DNA of 64,000 nt from a virus, in the IMG/VR virus record IMGVR_UViG_3300047323_000304, positions 1 through 64,000 of that record. One strand, given 5' to 3'. The notes beneath the pieces are model-generated. The model was not told the DNA's origin. It saw nothing but the letters and a program-made list of their open reading frames with translations, and ran no database searches. The translations under genes were made by a program, and so were the position numbers. This document shows, piece by piece, positions 49,952 through 60,604 of this stretch; within the stretch, counting starts at the first letter, position 1; each line of letters begins with the position of its first letter.

Positions 49952-50506
49952 ATGGACAAACATAACTTGGAGGTATATATAAAGATGGATTTACTTAGGT
50001 ATGGGGAAGATACATCAATCAAAAAACTTATTTCTACACTAATAAAGAAATCAGCATTTAGATTTATATATGTGTTTAGAAAGTGCCAATATCATATAAA
50101 TAGGAATAAAATAAGATTTATAATATATAAGTTTTTCTTAATTAGATATAAATCTAAATATGGATATCAAATACCCATAGATGTGAGGATAGGTAAAGGC
50201 ATGTTAATAGACCATCTGGGTAGTGTAATTATTAATAAAGATGTGATAATTGGTGATTTAATAACTATTAATAGTAGTGTGACAATAGGACAAACAAATA
50301 GAGGTTTAAAAAAAGGAAGTCCGACAATAGGTAATAAAGTTTGGATAGGTGCTAATGCAGTTATAGTGGGGAAAATTGTAATAGGCAATAATGTTTTGAT
50401 TGCTCCGAATTCCTATGTAAATACAGATGTTCCAGATAATTCTGTTGTTATAGGAAATCCAGCTAAAATAATTCATAAGGAAAATGCTACTGAAGGATAT
50501 ATTTAA
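49952..50506 (+). CDS. Hexapeptide-repeat (LbH) O-acetyltransferase, CysE/WcaB-like
   Basis: IGKGMLIDH, VTIG, PTIGNKVWIGANAVIVG, VPDNSVVIGNPAKII; lacks the long CysE N-terminal domain. Confidence 0.85.
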   Translation: MDKHNLEVYIKMDLLRYGEDTSIKKLISTLIKKSAFRFIYVFRKCQYHINRNKIRFIIYKFFLIRYKSKYGYQIPIDVRIGKGMLIDHLGSVIINKDVIIGDLITINSSVTIGQTNRGLKKGSPTIGNKVWIGANAVIVGKIVIGNNVLIAPNSYVNTDVPDNSVVIGNPAKIIHKENATEGYI

Positions 50507-50525
50507 AATAAGATAATTAATATAA

Positions 50526-50562
50526 AAAAGACTAGATTTAAAATTAAAAATCTAGTCTTTTT
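50526..50562 (+). terminator. Intrinsic terminator
   Basis: AAAAGACTAGATTT/AAATCTAGTCTTTT stem. Confidence 0.8.
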
Positions 50563-50752
50563 ATTAATTGAAAATAAAAGTCAGAATAAATGATTGATTT
50601 TATTCATGCACAACCACTTAAAATTCGTCATTTACTAAACAGTTACCTTCATAAGATTTATTAAATTATAGTAAATCTTTAAAGTGAATTATGTAAATGT
50701 GTTAGCTAGATATTCATAGATTAACAAATTAAAAAAAGAAAGGGGAGATAAT

Positions 50753-51958
50753 ATGACAACAGTAACTACAATTACAGAATGTCAATCAAATACAGGTCTA
50801 AATACTCTCAATAATGGCAATACTTCAATTCAACTTATTTGTACGTATCCAAGTAGTTTTGATGTATCATTTGATTCTACATTATTAGAAGATATGTATA
50901 TAGAAAGTCTTAATGGATTTCAAACCAATGAGGTAATAACTGTTTCTATAAATGGCACTTCAATAGGTGATTTTACAATAAGTACAGATACTAAAGCTAT
51001 TTGGCTATCAGAATTAATTGGATTGGTTACTAGAGAACAATTATCGTTAAAAGTCTCAGAAACTATTCAATTTGATTTCTCAAGTAATAAATTATTAAAA
51101 TTTATATTAGCTTCAGCAACTAGTTCTAACTTTATTTCTACTAGTATAATTCAAACTTCTGGATTAGGTAGTAATATGTATAATTTGGCTGAAAGCGATA
51201 TAGAAAGTCAGGATGAATCATCTGTTGGTGCAATATCTAATGCGATAGCCGAAACTAAAACAGAAATTATAGGAAATAATTCTACTACAATTCAAATAAA
51301 AAATACTTATCCGGTATGGGGAACAGCGCTTCCTAAATCCTTTGTTATGGATAACTTAATTGTATTTTCAAAATTGCTTCCAATGAATACGGAAATATAT
51401 ATTAAAAAAGATGGAATACCAGTAAAAACATATAAAACAACTGCAAATATAAAATGTGTTTATTTAAGTGATATATTAGGTATTTCAAAAGAATTTCTAT
51501 ATACAAAAGTAAGTGAAGAGTATGAATTAAACTTTGTATATCCTCAATTTATTAACAATCAAATTTTAACTGGTGAACTTACTGATTTTTCTATTGCGTC
51601 AGTAATGGCAGTACAATTGCAACAAAATATATTTGAATTAGAAAATTCTCATACAATGGAAGATGCTCCGGTCACAACGAATGATTGCAATTTTGTAGTG
51701 ACTTATAGTAGTTATGATAGAAGTATTGAAAGTGCAGAATTACAAATCAATGCACAACAAACTATTTCATTGTCGTTTCTAACAGATACATCGGGTGATA
51801 TACCTGTACCATTAGTAAAGTTATCAAACATAGATAATTTATATAATACAGAAATTTCTTTAGTTATGGATGGAAATGCCATAATAGATTATTTGACAAT
51901 AATTCGTGATTTTGCGAGACAAAGAAACACATTAGAATACCAATATAAAGCTAAGTAG
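50753..51958 (+). CDS. Hypothetical beta-rich protein with an internal duplication
   Basis: GNTSIQLICTYP..KAIWLSELIG..KVSE versus NSTTIQIKNTYP..KCVYLSDILG..KVSE. Confidence 0.65.
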   Translation: MTTVTTITECQSNTGLNTLNNGNTSIQLICTYPSSFDVSFDSTLLEDMYIESLNGFQTNEVITVSINGTSIGDFTISTDTKAIWLSELIGLVTREQLSLKVSETIQFDFSSNKLLKFILASATSSNFISTSIIQTSGLGSNMYNLAESDIESQDESSVGAISNAIAETKTEIIGNNSTTIQIKNTYPVWGTALPKSFVMDNLIVFSKLLPMNTEIYIKKDGIPVKTYKTTANIKCVYLSDILGISKEFLYTKVSEEYELNFVYPQFINNQILTGELTDFSIASVMAVQLQQNIFELENSHTMEDAPVTTNDCNFVVTYSSYDRSIESAELQINAQQTISLSFLTDTSGDIPVPLVKLSNIDNLYNTEISLVMDGNAIIDYLTIIRDFARQRNTLEYQYKAK

Positions 51959-51966
51959 GTGATATT

Positions 51967-52857
51967 ATGGGTTTTAAAATGATGTCATCTGGAGGGATAT
52001 TTAGAACTAATTCATTACCAAAAGAAGGAGATTATCATGGTCAAATTTTTGAATATTTAAAAGATAATATAAGCAACCCTGAACTATATTCATGGAATGA
52101 ATTACAGAAGAAATGGATTCCAATGAGTGGTGGAGGAAATGTAACTTATAAGAATTCAAATCCCATGCCAGTTGCTGTCGGTGGATTTTCAGTAGGAACA
52201 AATTTCACTGAAGAAAAAACAATCCAAGAGATGTTAGATGGTTTATTATATCCATATATACCACCTAGTATAAGTTTAGGAACTACAATTTCAACAATAC
52301 AAGAATTAGGAACAAGTTTACCTAGTATTCAATTAAATGCAACAATGGCTAAAAAATCTAATGATATTACAAAGGTAGAATATTATAAGAATGGAAGTTT
52401 AGTTTATTTAAAAGATAATCCTTCTTTAAGTGAAAGTTATATAGATTCTACAGGAATAAATAGTGATACAACATATTCTGTAAAAGTTTATGATGATAAA
52501 CCTAATTCTGTTTCTAGAAGTTTTAGTTTTAATTATATTTATCCAATGTATATAGGGAATGTTGATGATTTAAATCCTACTGAAACAAATATTAAAGGTA
52601 TAACTAAAAAATTAATTGTAAAAAGTAATCAGACTTTGGATTATACGATTTCAAATAGTAGATTTTGTTTTGCGTGTCCAAGTTCATATGGCAGTTTAAC
52701 ATCTATTAAAGACCCAAACAATTTTGAATTACTTAATACATTTAACATAATAAATATGAACTTTACAATGTTAGACAATAAATCAATTCCATATATAATT
52801 TATATTTCAAGTGTTTTGACAACACAATCAAATTTTACAATTACGTATAACTTTTAA
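51967..52857 (+). CDS. Ig-like virion structural protein
   Basis: IQEMLDGLLYPYIPPS; FCFACPSSYGSLTSIKDPNNFE pattern typical of phage fibre-associated proteins. Confidence 0.6.
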   Translation: MGFKMMSSGGIFRTNSLPKEGDYHGQIFEYLKDNISNPELYSWNELQKKWIPMSGGGNVTYKNSNPMPVAVGGFSVGTNFTEEKTIQEMLDGLLYPYIPPSISLGTTISTIQELGTSLPSIQLNATMAKKSNDITKVEYYKNGSLVYLKDNPSLSESYIDSTGINSDTTYSVKVYDDKPNSVSRSFSFNYIYPMYIGNVDDLNPTETNIKGITKKLIVKSNQTLDYTISNSRFCFACPSSYGSLTSIKDPNNFELLNTFNIINMNFTMLDNKSIPYIIYISSVLTTQSNFTITYNF

Positions 52858-52875
52858 CAAAAAGGAGGTGAAGAT

Positions 52876-55800
52876 ATGGCAGGAATACCAATAAGTAATT
52901 CATTTACAATGGGTTCAGCTTTAATGATAGATGATAGAGCGAACAAGAAGACTCTTATAGAACGTGACTCTATTGAAAGTTATAAACGTGTGAAAGGTCT
53001 TCAGGTATTCGTTGAAGAAACAAATACTTGGTATTATCTTAAAACAGGAATTACAAATTCTGATTGGGATATATTAGGAAGTAGTTCATCTAGTGGAACA
53101 AGTGCTGATTCAATTCCCAAGATAGTTAATCCAATAGTAAATGATATTATAGTTGCAAATACAGATGGTACAGTAAAAGATAGTGGATTAAAGACTACAG
53201 ATTTACTTGATAAAGCAACTTATGATCCAACTAATATTGGAATAGTTAAAGATAGTAAAAAATTAAATGGACAAGATGCTTCATATTATGCCAAAGCTAC
53301 AGATATACCAACTAAAGTTAGTCAGTTAACTAATGATAGTGGTTATCTAGCTTCTGTGCCTACAGGATATGCAAAAATTAATGATATTGCGACTACAGGT
53401 AATAAAATAGATACATATAGTGCAGATAAAATAATTAATTTAGTAAATAACTTTACATTGATAGTTGCAGATTGGACTAGTGGTGTTAATTATAAAAAAT
53501 ATCAATTAGTGGATTATTTGGGAACGTTGTATAGATTAAAAAATGATATTACAAATTCCATTTATACACCAGATATTTCACCTACAGATTATGAAGTATA
53601 TTCAAGTGGTAGTGGATCTGGGGGTTCGAGTTTAAAATTTCCAACATTTTCGACTAATCATAGTTACTCATATAGAGAAGGCATTTGGTATAATGGAATA
53701 TTATATTCTGCAAAATCATCATTTACAAGTACTTCAGTGTTTAGTGTAAGTGATTGGGATATTATTTGCGATATGACAAGAAACGTTTATGATACTAATG
53801 GTGATGGAAGAGTAGATATGGCAGAACGTGCTTTAATTTCCGATTTAGCACTTGAAACTCAATTAATGCAATCATGGAGGGCTAGCACGGTATATACAGT
53901 TGGACAAAATTTAATTTTTAACAATTGTATATACACCGTTAATAAAAATTTTACAAGTGGAACAACTTTTATTACAACTAATTTAACATTAACTGCAACT
54001 GGTACTCATAATTCTTTAACTGGATTGCAAGGAGGAAACGCTACAAGTGGTCAATATTATCATTTAGATCAAACACACTATGATATTGTAAATAAATTTA
54101 CAGACGCTTCTGGAAATATTGCTTATAATGGAACAAAACTAGGAGATATGTTTAAAGGAATTTTTGATAAGAATGGAGATAATATAGTTGATGTTGCTAG
54201 TACGCTTGATGGACTTTTATCTTCAATTACTGAACTTAATTCTTTGAAGGGTGTTACAGGAAATATTCAAGATAAATTTAATTCGTTGAGTGGAATAAAT
54301 TTAAAAGATACTCATAAAGCTACATATTCTACCTTAATATCTGCAACAGGAATGTTAAAAGGAGATGCTTATATAGTTGATGCTGATGAATCAAAAAACG
54401 GTGCTCAAACATGGTATACATGGAATGGAACTACATGGGTATTTTTAGGAACAGCTAGTGTCACATCTCGTGATTTTACTGTTAATCCATTAAATGTAAC
54501 AGCTGAGTCAACTGGGCTATATTTAGAACCAAGAATTGACCCTTTAATAGCTAGAAAAAGTGATATACCAACATTTAGCAATTTAACATTATTACAATCA
54601 TATTCAAATACGGATGGAGATATTACCAATGCAGTTAGTCAATCACATCAACATTTAAATAAAACATTATTGGATTCATATACTCAGTCTAATACCGATT
54701 TAGCTGATAGTGTTAATAAAAAACATGTTCATACAAATAAAGTATATTTAGATAAGATAAGTGAAGCTTCCGATGGAACTCCTTTATATAACGGAAGTCC
54801 AATGGGCAGTGGTTCATCTAGTGGAGGTGGAGGAATAACAGATTTATCCAAATTCACTACAGCAGATTTATCACCAAGTACAAATCGAAATTATGTTGCA
54901 GATTCGGAAAAAGCTAATATTCAAAATCTTACTAATATAGTTGCAAATCAATCATCTATGAATACTACACTAACAACAATTTCTTCTGAGATACCTTCAG
55001 ATGTTTCAGCAATAAATAAATTAATATCAACAACTACAATGAATGATAAAATTAGCGCAATGAAATTTGTTCAATTAAAAGATGTTGATCCGGCTATAAA
55101 AGCAAATGGATTTTTAGTAGTTGATTCAACTGGAACAAAGATAACTTATTTACAATCAATAAAAGATTATATTCAAATTAAACAAATTACAGATAAAGAT
55201 GGAAAAATATTTAATAATGTTCCAACATTTAAATTTGATGACCTAGCTGGAACTTTGCTAGGTGATGGAACACTAGAATTAAAATTAAAAAACATATTTA
55301 GTACAGACTTAAAAGATATGCCAACTACATTGGTTAATAATGGAGTATTAGTTGCAAATTCTTCAACGAATAAATATGAATTAAAAGATGTTGCTAATTT
55401 AACTAATTCACATGAAAATCCATCTTATAATGTAAAACAAGTTGATTGGTATTGGGATACAAATAATAATTGTTACCTGTGTGATATCACTCATAATTTA
55501 CAATCAATAAATGTAATTGTTGGAATTTATGATAGTACAAATAATATAATATCAAATGTATTTCCTAAAGTAGTAAATAGTAATTCTATACAGTTAAAAT
55601 GTCAAACCACTCCTGTTTGTAGAGTGGTTATTAATTGTTCACAAGGTACAGTAGGAAGTAGCTCAGGAGGTTCTACAATTGTAACATCTAGTGATTTTAT
55701 TGATGATACAAGAGTGAGGAGTGATAAAACTTATAGTTCGGATTTTATAAATACTACTTTAAAGGGGTATGCACAAACAAATCAAATATATACCCAAACG

Positions 55801-56265
55801 CAATCAAATTTATTATATGCAACAAAAAATAGTGAACATCTGCATAATAATTTTGATTTATTACAACAACTTACAACTGATAGTAGTAATAATTTATATT
55901 TCAGTGGACAAAAATTATTAACTAATTTTCAACCATACACTTATCAATTAAAATGGACAAACGAAAATAAGCCTATTTTAAATACAATAGTAGATGTTAA
56001 TTCGATATTTTTATCAAATAGTATAAATGCTATCATGAACAGTGAATTTACAATAGTTAATAATATAGTAAGTATAGACGATACTACTGATTCTAAGACA
56101 GAAAATTTAGTTCATTTATTAGTTTTGGACAATACAATAAAAATATTAGATGTATATATTAAACCAAGTAGAACTGAAAAATTTATATTAGGAATAAGTC
56201 CAAACATAAGTATAATGGTGCAAGGTAGTAACTTTTCTGGATTATATTATCTAACAGCATATTAA
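52876..56265 (+). CDS. Large fibre-like protein with CBM5/12-like modules and HxH repeats
   Basis: WTSGVNYKKYQLV and WRASTVYTVGQ modules; YDTNGDGRVD and FDKNGDNIVD; HQHLNK, HVHTNK, HLHNN. Confidence 0.65.
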   Translation: MAGIPISNSFTMGSALMIDDRANKKTLIERDSIESYKRVKGLQVFVEETNTWYYLKTGITNSDWDILGSSSSSGTSADSIPKIVNPIVNDIIVANTDGTVKDSGLKTTDLLDKATYDPTNIGIVKDSKKLNGQDASYYAKATDIPTKVSQLTNDSGYLASVPTGYAKINDIATTGNKIDTYSADKIINLVNNFTLIVADWTSGVNYKKYQLVDYLGTLYRLKNDITNSIYTPDISPTDYEVYSSGSGSGGSSLKFPTFSTNHSYSYREGIWYNGILYSAKSSFTSTSVFSVSDWDIICDMTRNVYDTNGDGRVDMAERALISDLALETQLMQSWRASTVYTVGQNLIFNNCIYTVNKNFTSGTTFITTNLTLTATGTHNSLTGLQGGNATSGQYYHLDQTHYDIVNKFTDASGNIAYNGTKLGDMFKGIFDKNGDNIVDVASTLDGLLSSITELNSLKGVTGNIQDKFNSLSGINLKDTHKATYSTLISATGMLKGDAYIVDADESKNGAQTWYTWNGTTWVFLGTASVTSRDFTVNPLNVTAESTGLYLEPRIDPLIARKSDIPTFSNLTLLQSYSNTDGDITNAVSQSHQHLNKTLLDSYTQSNTDLADSVNKKHVHTNKVYLDKISEASDGTPLYNGSPMGSGSSSGGGGITDLSKFTTADLSPSTNRNYVADSEKANIQNLTNIVANQSSMNTTLTTISSEIPSDVSAINKLISTTTMNDKISAMKFVQLKDVDPAIKANGFLVVDSTGTKITYLQSIKDYIQIKQITDKDGKIFNNVPTFKFDDLAGTLLGDGTLELKLKNIFSTDLKDMPTTLVNNGVLVANSSTNKYELKDVANLTNSHENPSYNVKQVDWYWDTNNNCYLCDITHNLQSINVIVGIYDSTNNIISNVFPKVVNSNSIQLKCQTTPVCRVVINCSQGTVGSSSGGSTIVTSSDFIDDTRVRSDKTYSSDFINTTLKGYAQTNQIYTQTQSNLLYATKNSEHLHNNFDLLQQLTTDSSNNLYFSGQKLLTNFQPYTYQLKWTNENKPILNTIVDVNSIFLSNSINAIMNSEFTIVNNIVSIDDTTDSKTENLVHLLVLDNTIKILDVYIKPSRTEKFILGISPNISIMVQGSNFSGLYYLTAY

Positions 56266-56294
56266 AAAATAAATTATAAAGAAGGTGACAGGAC

Positions 56295-57830
56295 ATGGCG
56301 AAAGTATTAAATTCAACATCATTCAATGGAAATATTTCTAAAATGGTGGAATTGCGTGATGAAATGATAGTTAATGGGATATGTTGTGATAAAGTTACCT
56401 TATCACCTAATCCATTAGATTATTGTCCAGTTTATGTAAGTAACAATAATGAAGTAATAATGAATCAAGTAGCGTATATGAATTCAACATGGTTTAGAAA
56501 TTTTTCTACAAATGGGTTTTTGGTTGATTCAAATGATCCGTATACATATTATGTGGCTACAGAATCAATAAGTGGAAATGGAATAAATCAAATGATTCAG
56601 ATAAAAAGGACATCTAATGGATTAATTACTTCTACACAATGGGGTAATTGGGACATAGGTACATATAGAGGTAATATAGATTTAATAGCCCAAGATAGTA
56701 ATAATATTTATTATACTTTTAATAGAGAATATGGTGGTTATTATAGTTATATTGGATATTACAATAAATTAACAGGTGGAGGAGCAAGTCTAAACATAAA
56801 TAGTGGAACGGTGCAATTGCTAAAAGATGTTGGTATATATTTGTATGTTTATACACCTAGTGTAAGTGCAAATACAATAAATGTAGGTAAATATAATAAA
56901 ACAACTAATACAATGACATGGATATACACTGAATCTGGTGCTAATGGATATTATGGAGATAACTTAATAAGTGATATAGATAATAATGGTGTTTTTTTCT
57001 TAGCTAGAGATGGCTTTAACTTTGGGAAAATAGACCATTATTTTGTTTATAGGAAATATATATTAAATACTAATAACGATTTAGTTACAGCAAGTACAGT
57101 AACAGTAGATATGTCATTATTACCTAATAATAGTATATTTATTAATTCAGGTAATGCTATGGCAACATGTAGTCAATTACTTAAATTTACAGACTCAAAT
57201 ACAGGGAAAAGATATATAACACATTTGTATTATAATAAAGGATTGAGATACACGAATTTAAGTGCATTGGACTCGGCAATGTATACATATGAAATGATAA
57301 GTGACGATAATTGGAAATTAGTATCATATTATTTATTCAATCCGATTATTTATAGAACATGTTTATCTATTAATAATGGTCAGTTTTTGATGTTAGCTTA
57401 TGAAAATGCATGTCATATATATATGTGGGATACAAGTTCAACATCTTATAAAAAGACTTCAGGTTTTGAAAGTCCGATAAATTCTATATCATGTGATATG
57501 AATAACAACATGTATGTTCAATACTCCGATTCTAGTATTGAATTAGTTTCTAAAACAATGCCAACAACTGTTTATGCGGATTTTGACCAAGATATTTATG
57601 CGTTTAGTGGTAGCGAAGTTTCAGCAAATGTGTCTTTATATATTCAAAATTACCAAGGTAAATATATATCAACAAGTGTTCAATTAACTTTATATGGCAA
57701 TGTAAGATTTACAAGCAATAATACTAAAACTTTAACTATTACAAGTTCAAACTCGGGGAAAATAAATATCCCAGTAACTATTTTCGACGAAGGAAATTAT
57801 CAAGTAAAAGCTTCAATAGTTACTAATTAA
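56295..57830 (+). CDS. Putative beta-propeller plus Ig-like protein (paralog 1)
   Basis: Tyr/Asn-rich beta protein; full-length similarity to 57862-59403. Confidence 0.6.
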   Translation: MAKVLNSTSFNGNISKMVELRDEMIVNGICCDKVTLSPNPLDYCPVYVSNNNEVIMNQVAYMNSTWFRNFSTNGFLVDSNDPYTYYVATESISGNGINQMIQIKRTSNGLITSTQWGNWDIGTYRGNIDLIAQDSNNIYYTFNREYGGYYSYIGYYNKLTGGGASLNINSGTVQLLKDVGIYLYVYTPSVSANTINVGKYNKTTNTMTWIYTESGANGYYGDNLISDIDNNGVFFLARDGFNFGKIDHYFVYRKYILNTNNDLVTASTVTVDMSLLPNNSIFINSGNAMATCSQLLKFTDSNTGKRYITHLYYNKGLRYTNLSALDSAMYTYEMISDDNWKLVSYYLFNPIIYRTCLSINNGQFLMLAYENACHIYMWDTSSTSYKKTSGFESPINSISCDMNNNMYVQYSDSSIELVSKTMPTTVYADFDQDIYAFSGSEVSANVSLYIQNYQGKYISTSVQLTLYGNVRFTSNNTKTLTITSSNSGKINIPVTIFDEGNYQVKASIVTN

Positions 57831-57861
57831 TAAATTATAATATAAAGGAGGATATATAACT

Positions 57862-59403
57862 ATGGCGAAAATATTAGACCAAAGTTGTTTCCAAGGTAAT
57901 ATACAAAAATGTGTTGAAACACAATTAGGTTTTATTATGCAAGGAAGTTATTATGATAAAGCACAATGGATTCCTAAAAAACTTCAAATATTTCCTGTAG
58001 CTGGAGATTTAACAGAATTAAGTATGAGTCAAAAATTAATGACAAATCATGCTCAGAATAATCATGGAAAATCATTTGGAGATACAGTTGTTAATGATAG
58101 ATATGATAGTACGATATCCTATTCTTGGGTGATTGGAACTAGGTCATCAAATAAATTAATGCTTTTTAAAATTAGAGAAAATAATGGTACAATTACAACT
58201 TTAAATTCAAATACATTTTCTGCTTTGCCAGCAACTTCACCATTTGTTAGAGCATATCTAGGACAAGATGCAACTTACTTATATTATTTAATAGATTGTA
58301 ATGCTACATGGCGTGAGTATTTTGTTAAAATAGATAAAAACACCTTAACAATGACAACAGTAGAAGATTTTAGTACATATTCTTGGGGAAATCTGATTAA
58401 AGAAACTGATACATATATTTACTATGGCTCAAAAAGAGGATATGGAACAAATTCTATTAAAAGATATAATAAAATGACAACTGTAACTGATACATTTGCA
58501 CCAACTGCGAAGACAAGTACTATTTATTTTAGTACTTGCTATAGTAATTTATTATCTAATTCAAGTACAGATTTTTATAATTATACAGTATTTCATAATA
58601 GTACAACTAATAAATTTGGTATCACAAGATATCATTATGACACAACTCAAACAGTTTTGACGAGTATATTGACTGAAGCAGATTGTAATATAACGTGGGG
58701 AGCAGTAACTCAATTACCTGTATTTGCTTCAAATGGAACAGTTCATTATGAACCATTTATTTCATATGTATCAAGTACAGGAAAGTATTATTTGAATATT
58801 GCAATCTATGAAATAAATGGTTCTACATCAGCAAATTTAGCATCGTACGGTATCTACACATTTTTAATAGACCCAACTACAAAAGATTTAACATTTAAAA
58901 ATTTTACAACAGTAACCTCTGATTATTTCAGGGGTTTTATTGGCGTTCAAAATAATACATTTTTAGCTTGTGTAAGTCCAACATCTACAATATTTGCAAA
59001 TTTTGACCCAACAAATGAAAAATTTATTATAACAAATACAATAGCAAATGCACCTACACATATTGGTGCTGACCAAAGTGATGGTATTTGGGTTGTTAAT
59101 GTACTAACTGAAATAGAATATTATAATACATATGTTCCAATTAATATTTATATTAATTCAGAAATGGATACCTATACTTATAGTGGAACTAATTTAAGTT
59201 CTTATATTACAATTCAAGCAACTAATTGGAATAATACTAATATTGCCTGTAATTTACAATTAACAATTAAAGGCGGTGCTGTATTTACTTCTAATGGCTC
59301 TAAAGTATTAACTGATACAACATTAACAAGTGGATCTAAACAAATTCCAATAACTATAACTAGCGACCAAGGATTTGCTATATTACCTCAATATATTATA
59401 TAA
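57862..59403 (+). CDS. Putative beta-propeller plus Ig-like protein (paralog 2)
   Basis: MAKILDQSCFQGNI versus MAKVLNSTSFNGNI; shared C-terminal QLT.xG...FTSN..K.LT. Confidence 0.6.
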   Translation: MAKILDQSCFQGNIQKCVETQLGFIMQGSYYDKAQWIPKKLQIFPVAGDLTELSMSQKLMTNHAQNNHGKSFGDTVVNDRYDSTISYSWVIGTRSSNKLMLFKIRENNGTITTLNSNTFSALPATSPFVRAYLGQDATYLYYLIDCNATWREYFVKIDKNTLTMTTVEDFSTYSWGNLIKETDTYIYYGSKRGYGTNSIKRYNKMTTVTDTFAPTAKTSTIYFSTCYSNLLSNSSTDFYNYTVFHNSTTNKFGITRYHYDTTQTVLTSILTEADCNITWGAVTQLPVFASNGTVHYEPFISYVSSTGKYYLNIAIYEINGSTSANLASYGIYTFLIDPTTKDLTFKNFTTVTSDYFRGFIGVQNNTFLACVSPTSTIFANFDPTNEKFIITNTIANAPTHIGADQSDGIWVVNVLTEIEYYNTYVPINIYINSEMDTYTYSGTNLSSYITIQATNWNNTNIACNLQLTIKGGAVFTSNGSKVLTDTTLTSGSKQIPITITSDQGFAILPQYII

Positions 59404-59424
59404 AATAAAGCGAGGTGAATAATT

Positions 59425-60360
59425 ATGTTTAATGACGGATTAGCAAGGTCTAGTGGAATAGTAGTAGTTGGATTTGATACTCTTATAACTGGAGAAAGCA
59501 GTGCAATATCATCAGAAAATATAACTACATTAATTACGCCAACTCCAATGGACAGTTCAGTATGTAATTTTGATAAAAAAATAATGGTTACAGGTGATGG
59601 AATACAAATTATAAACTTTATTCCTAAGTCTGTAACGGTTCAAAATGGAGTTAAAAAATATACTGGTATAAATTTAAATAGTGATTCTATGAGCAATCTA
59701 GAAAAAACATTTAAAGTTATACATGGACAACCAGTATTTATAAATAAGGCTGATTGCAAAGTTAATAGCGATAGTAATAAAGGCAATTATATAGTACAAT
59801 TTTTAACTTTAGATCAAAATAAGGCGAAACCATTACAGGTAAAAGTTGTATCATTTCAACAAAAAATAAACATAAATGATATAAAAATTCATAGTAGTTA
59901 TAAGCCTGTAAAAACTCCAATTATCACACAAATAAAAGGAATGATTGTTAAAGTTACCAAAATGTCATATAAGGTTTTAAATTTAGTACCTTACAATGTA
60001 AAAGTTCAGAATGGTGTAAAGAAATATACAGTTGCACCTGTAACGAATACTTCAACATTATATGTAAGAGTACAAAGTTATAAAAATGTATTAAATGCAG
60101 GTACTACAACTGGTGGTGGTAGTTTAAACTCATTTGTTTTAACTTTTCAAAAGTTCTCATATTATGAACAATCATTATCGTTTGGCAATAATGTTAAGGT
60201 TATAGGGGCAAGTGGCTTACCTCAAGGGATGATATTTGAATTGGACTGTATCAAAGGAAGTCCATTGTTATCAGGGCAGAGTACAGTAACATTGAAACTT
60301 TCGGACAATAGTACAGTTGTAGGTTTGATTATTGTGCCAGAGTTGCCTCGTATTATGTAA
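59425..60360 (+). CDS. Hypothetical protein with an internal repeat and putative Ig (He_PIG-like) C-terminus
   Basis: VxVQNGVKKYT occurs twice; ASGLPQGMIFE..IKGSP. Confidence 0.6.
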   Translation: MFNDGLARSSGIVVVGFDTLITGESSAISSENITTLITPTPMDSSVCNFDKKIMVTGDGIQIINFIPKSVTVQNGVKKYTGINLNSDSMSNLEKTFKVIHGQPVFINKADCKVNSDSNKGNYIVQFLTLDQNKAKPLQVKVVSFQQKININDIKIHSSYKPVKTPIITQIKGMIVKVTKMSYKVLNLVPYNVKVQNGVKKYTVAPVTNTSTLYVRVQSYKNVLNAGTTTGGGSLNSFVLTFQKFSYYEQSLSFGNNVKVIGASGLPQGMIFELDCIKGSPLLSGQSTVTLKLSDNSTVVGLIIVPELPRIM

Positions 60361-60379
60361 TTTTAAAGGAGGGGAAAAC

Positions 60380-60604
60380 TTGATTAAATATTATTTTAAA
60401 AATGATTCAAATACAGAAATATATCTAACTAATGATATAGATATAAATATATTACAAAGTAAAGACCCATCTACTCAACAATTATTTACTAATAAAGATG
60501 AAGCTATTGTATGGGCAACAGAATTTGTTAAAGTATATTACAATGAAGAACTTGTTGATGGTGAAAGTGTAGTTACTGATACAAATTCAGCAATACCATC
60601 ATAA
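60380..60604 (+). CDS. Small acidic protein
   Basis: AAGGAGG SD with TTG start; last gene of the operon, hairpin follows at about 60622-60661. Confidence 0.6.
   Translation: MIKYYFKNDSNTEIYLTNDIDINILQSKDPSTQQLFTNKDEAIVWATEFVKVYYNEELVDGESVVTDTNSAIPS

Noticed and set aside
17012-50605. TAAAA-N6-TTTTA palindromes at cassette boundaries (17012, 18931, 48320; near-matches 15757, 50587) as cassette recombination sites
   Set aside because: About three exact copies are expected by chance at this AT content; it would need a genome-wide positional test
48470-60604. Diversity-generating retroelement acting on the fibre genes
   Set aside because: No reverse transcriptase and no template/variable repeat pair differing at adenines was seen in the window
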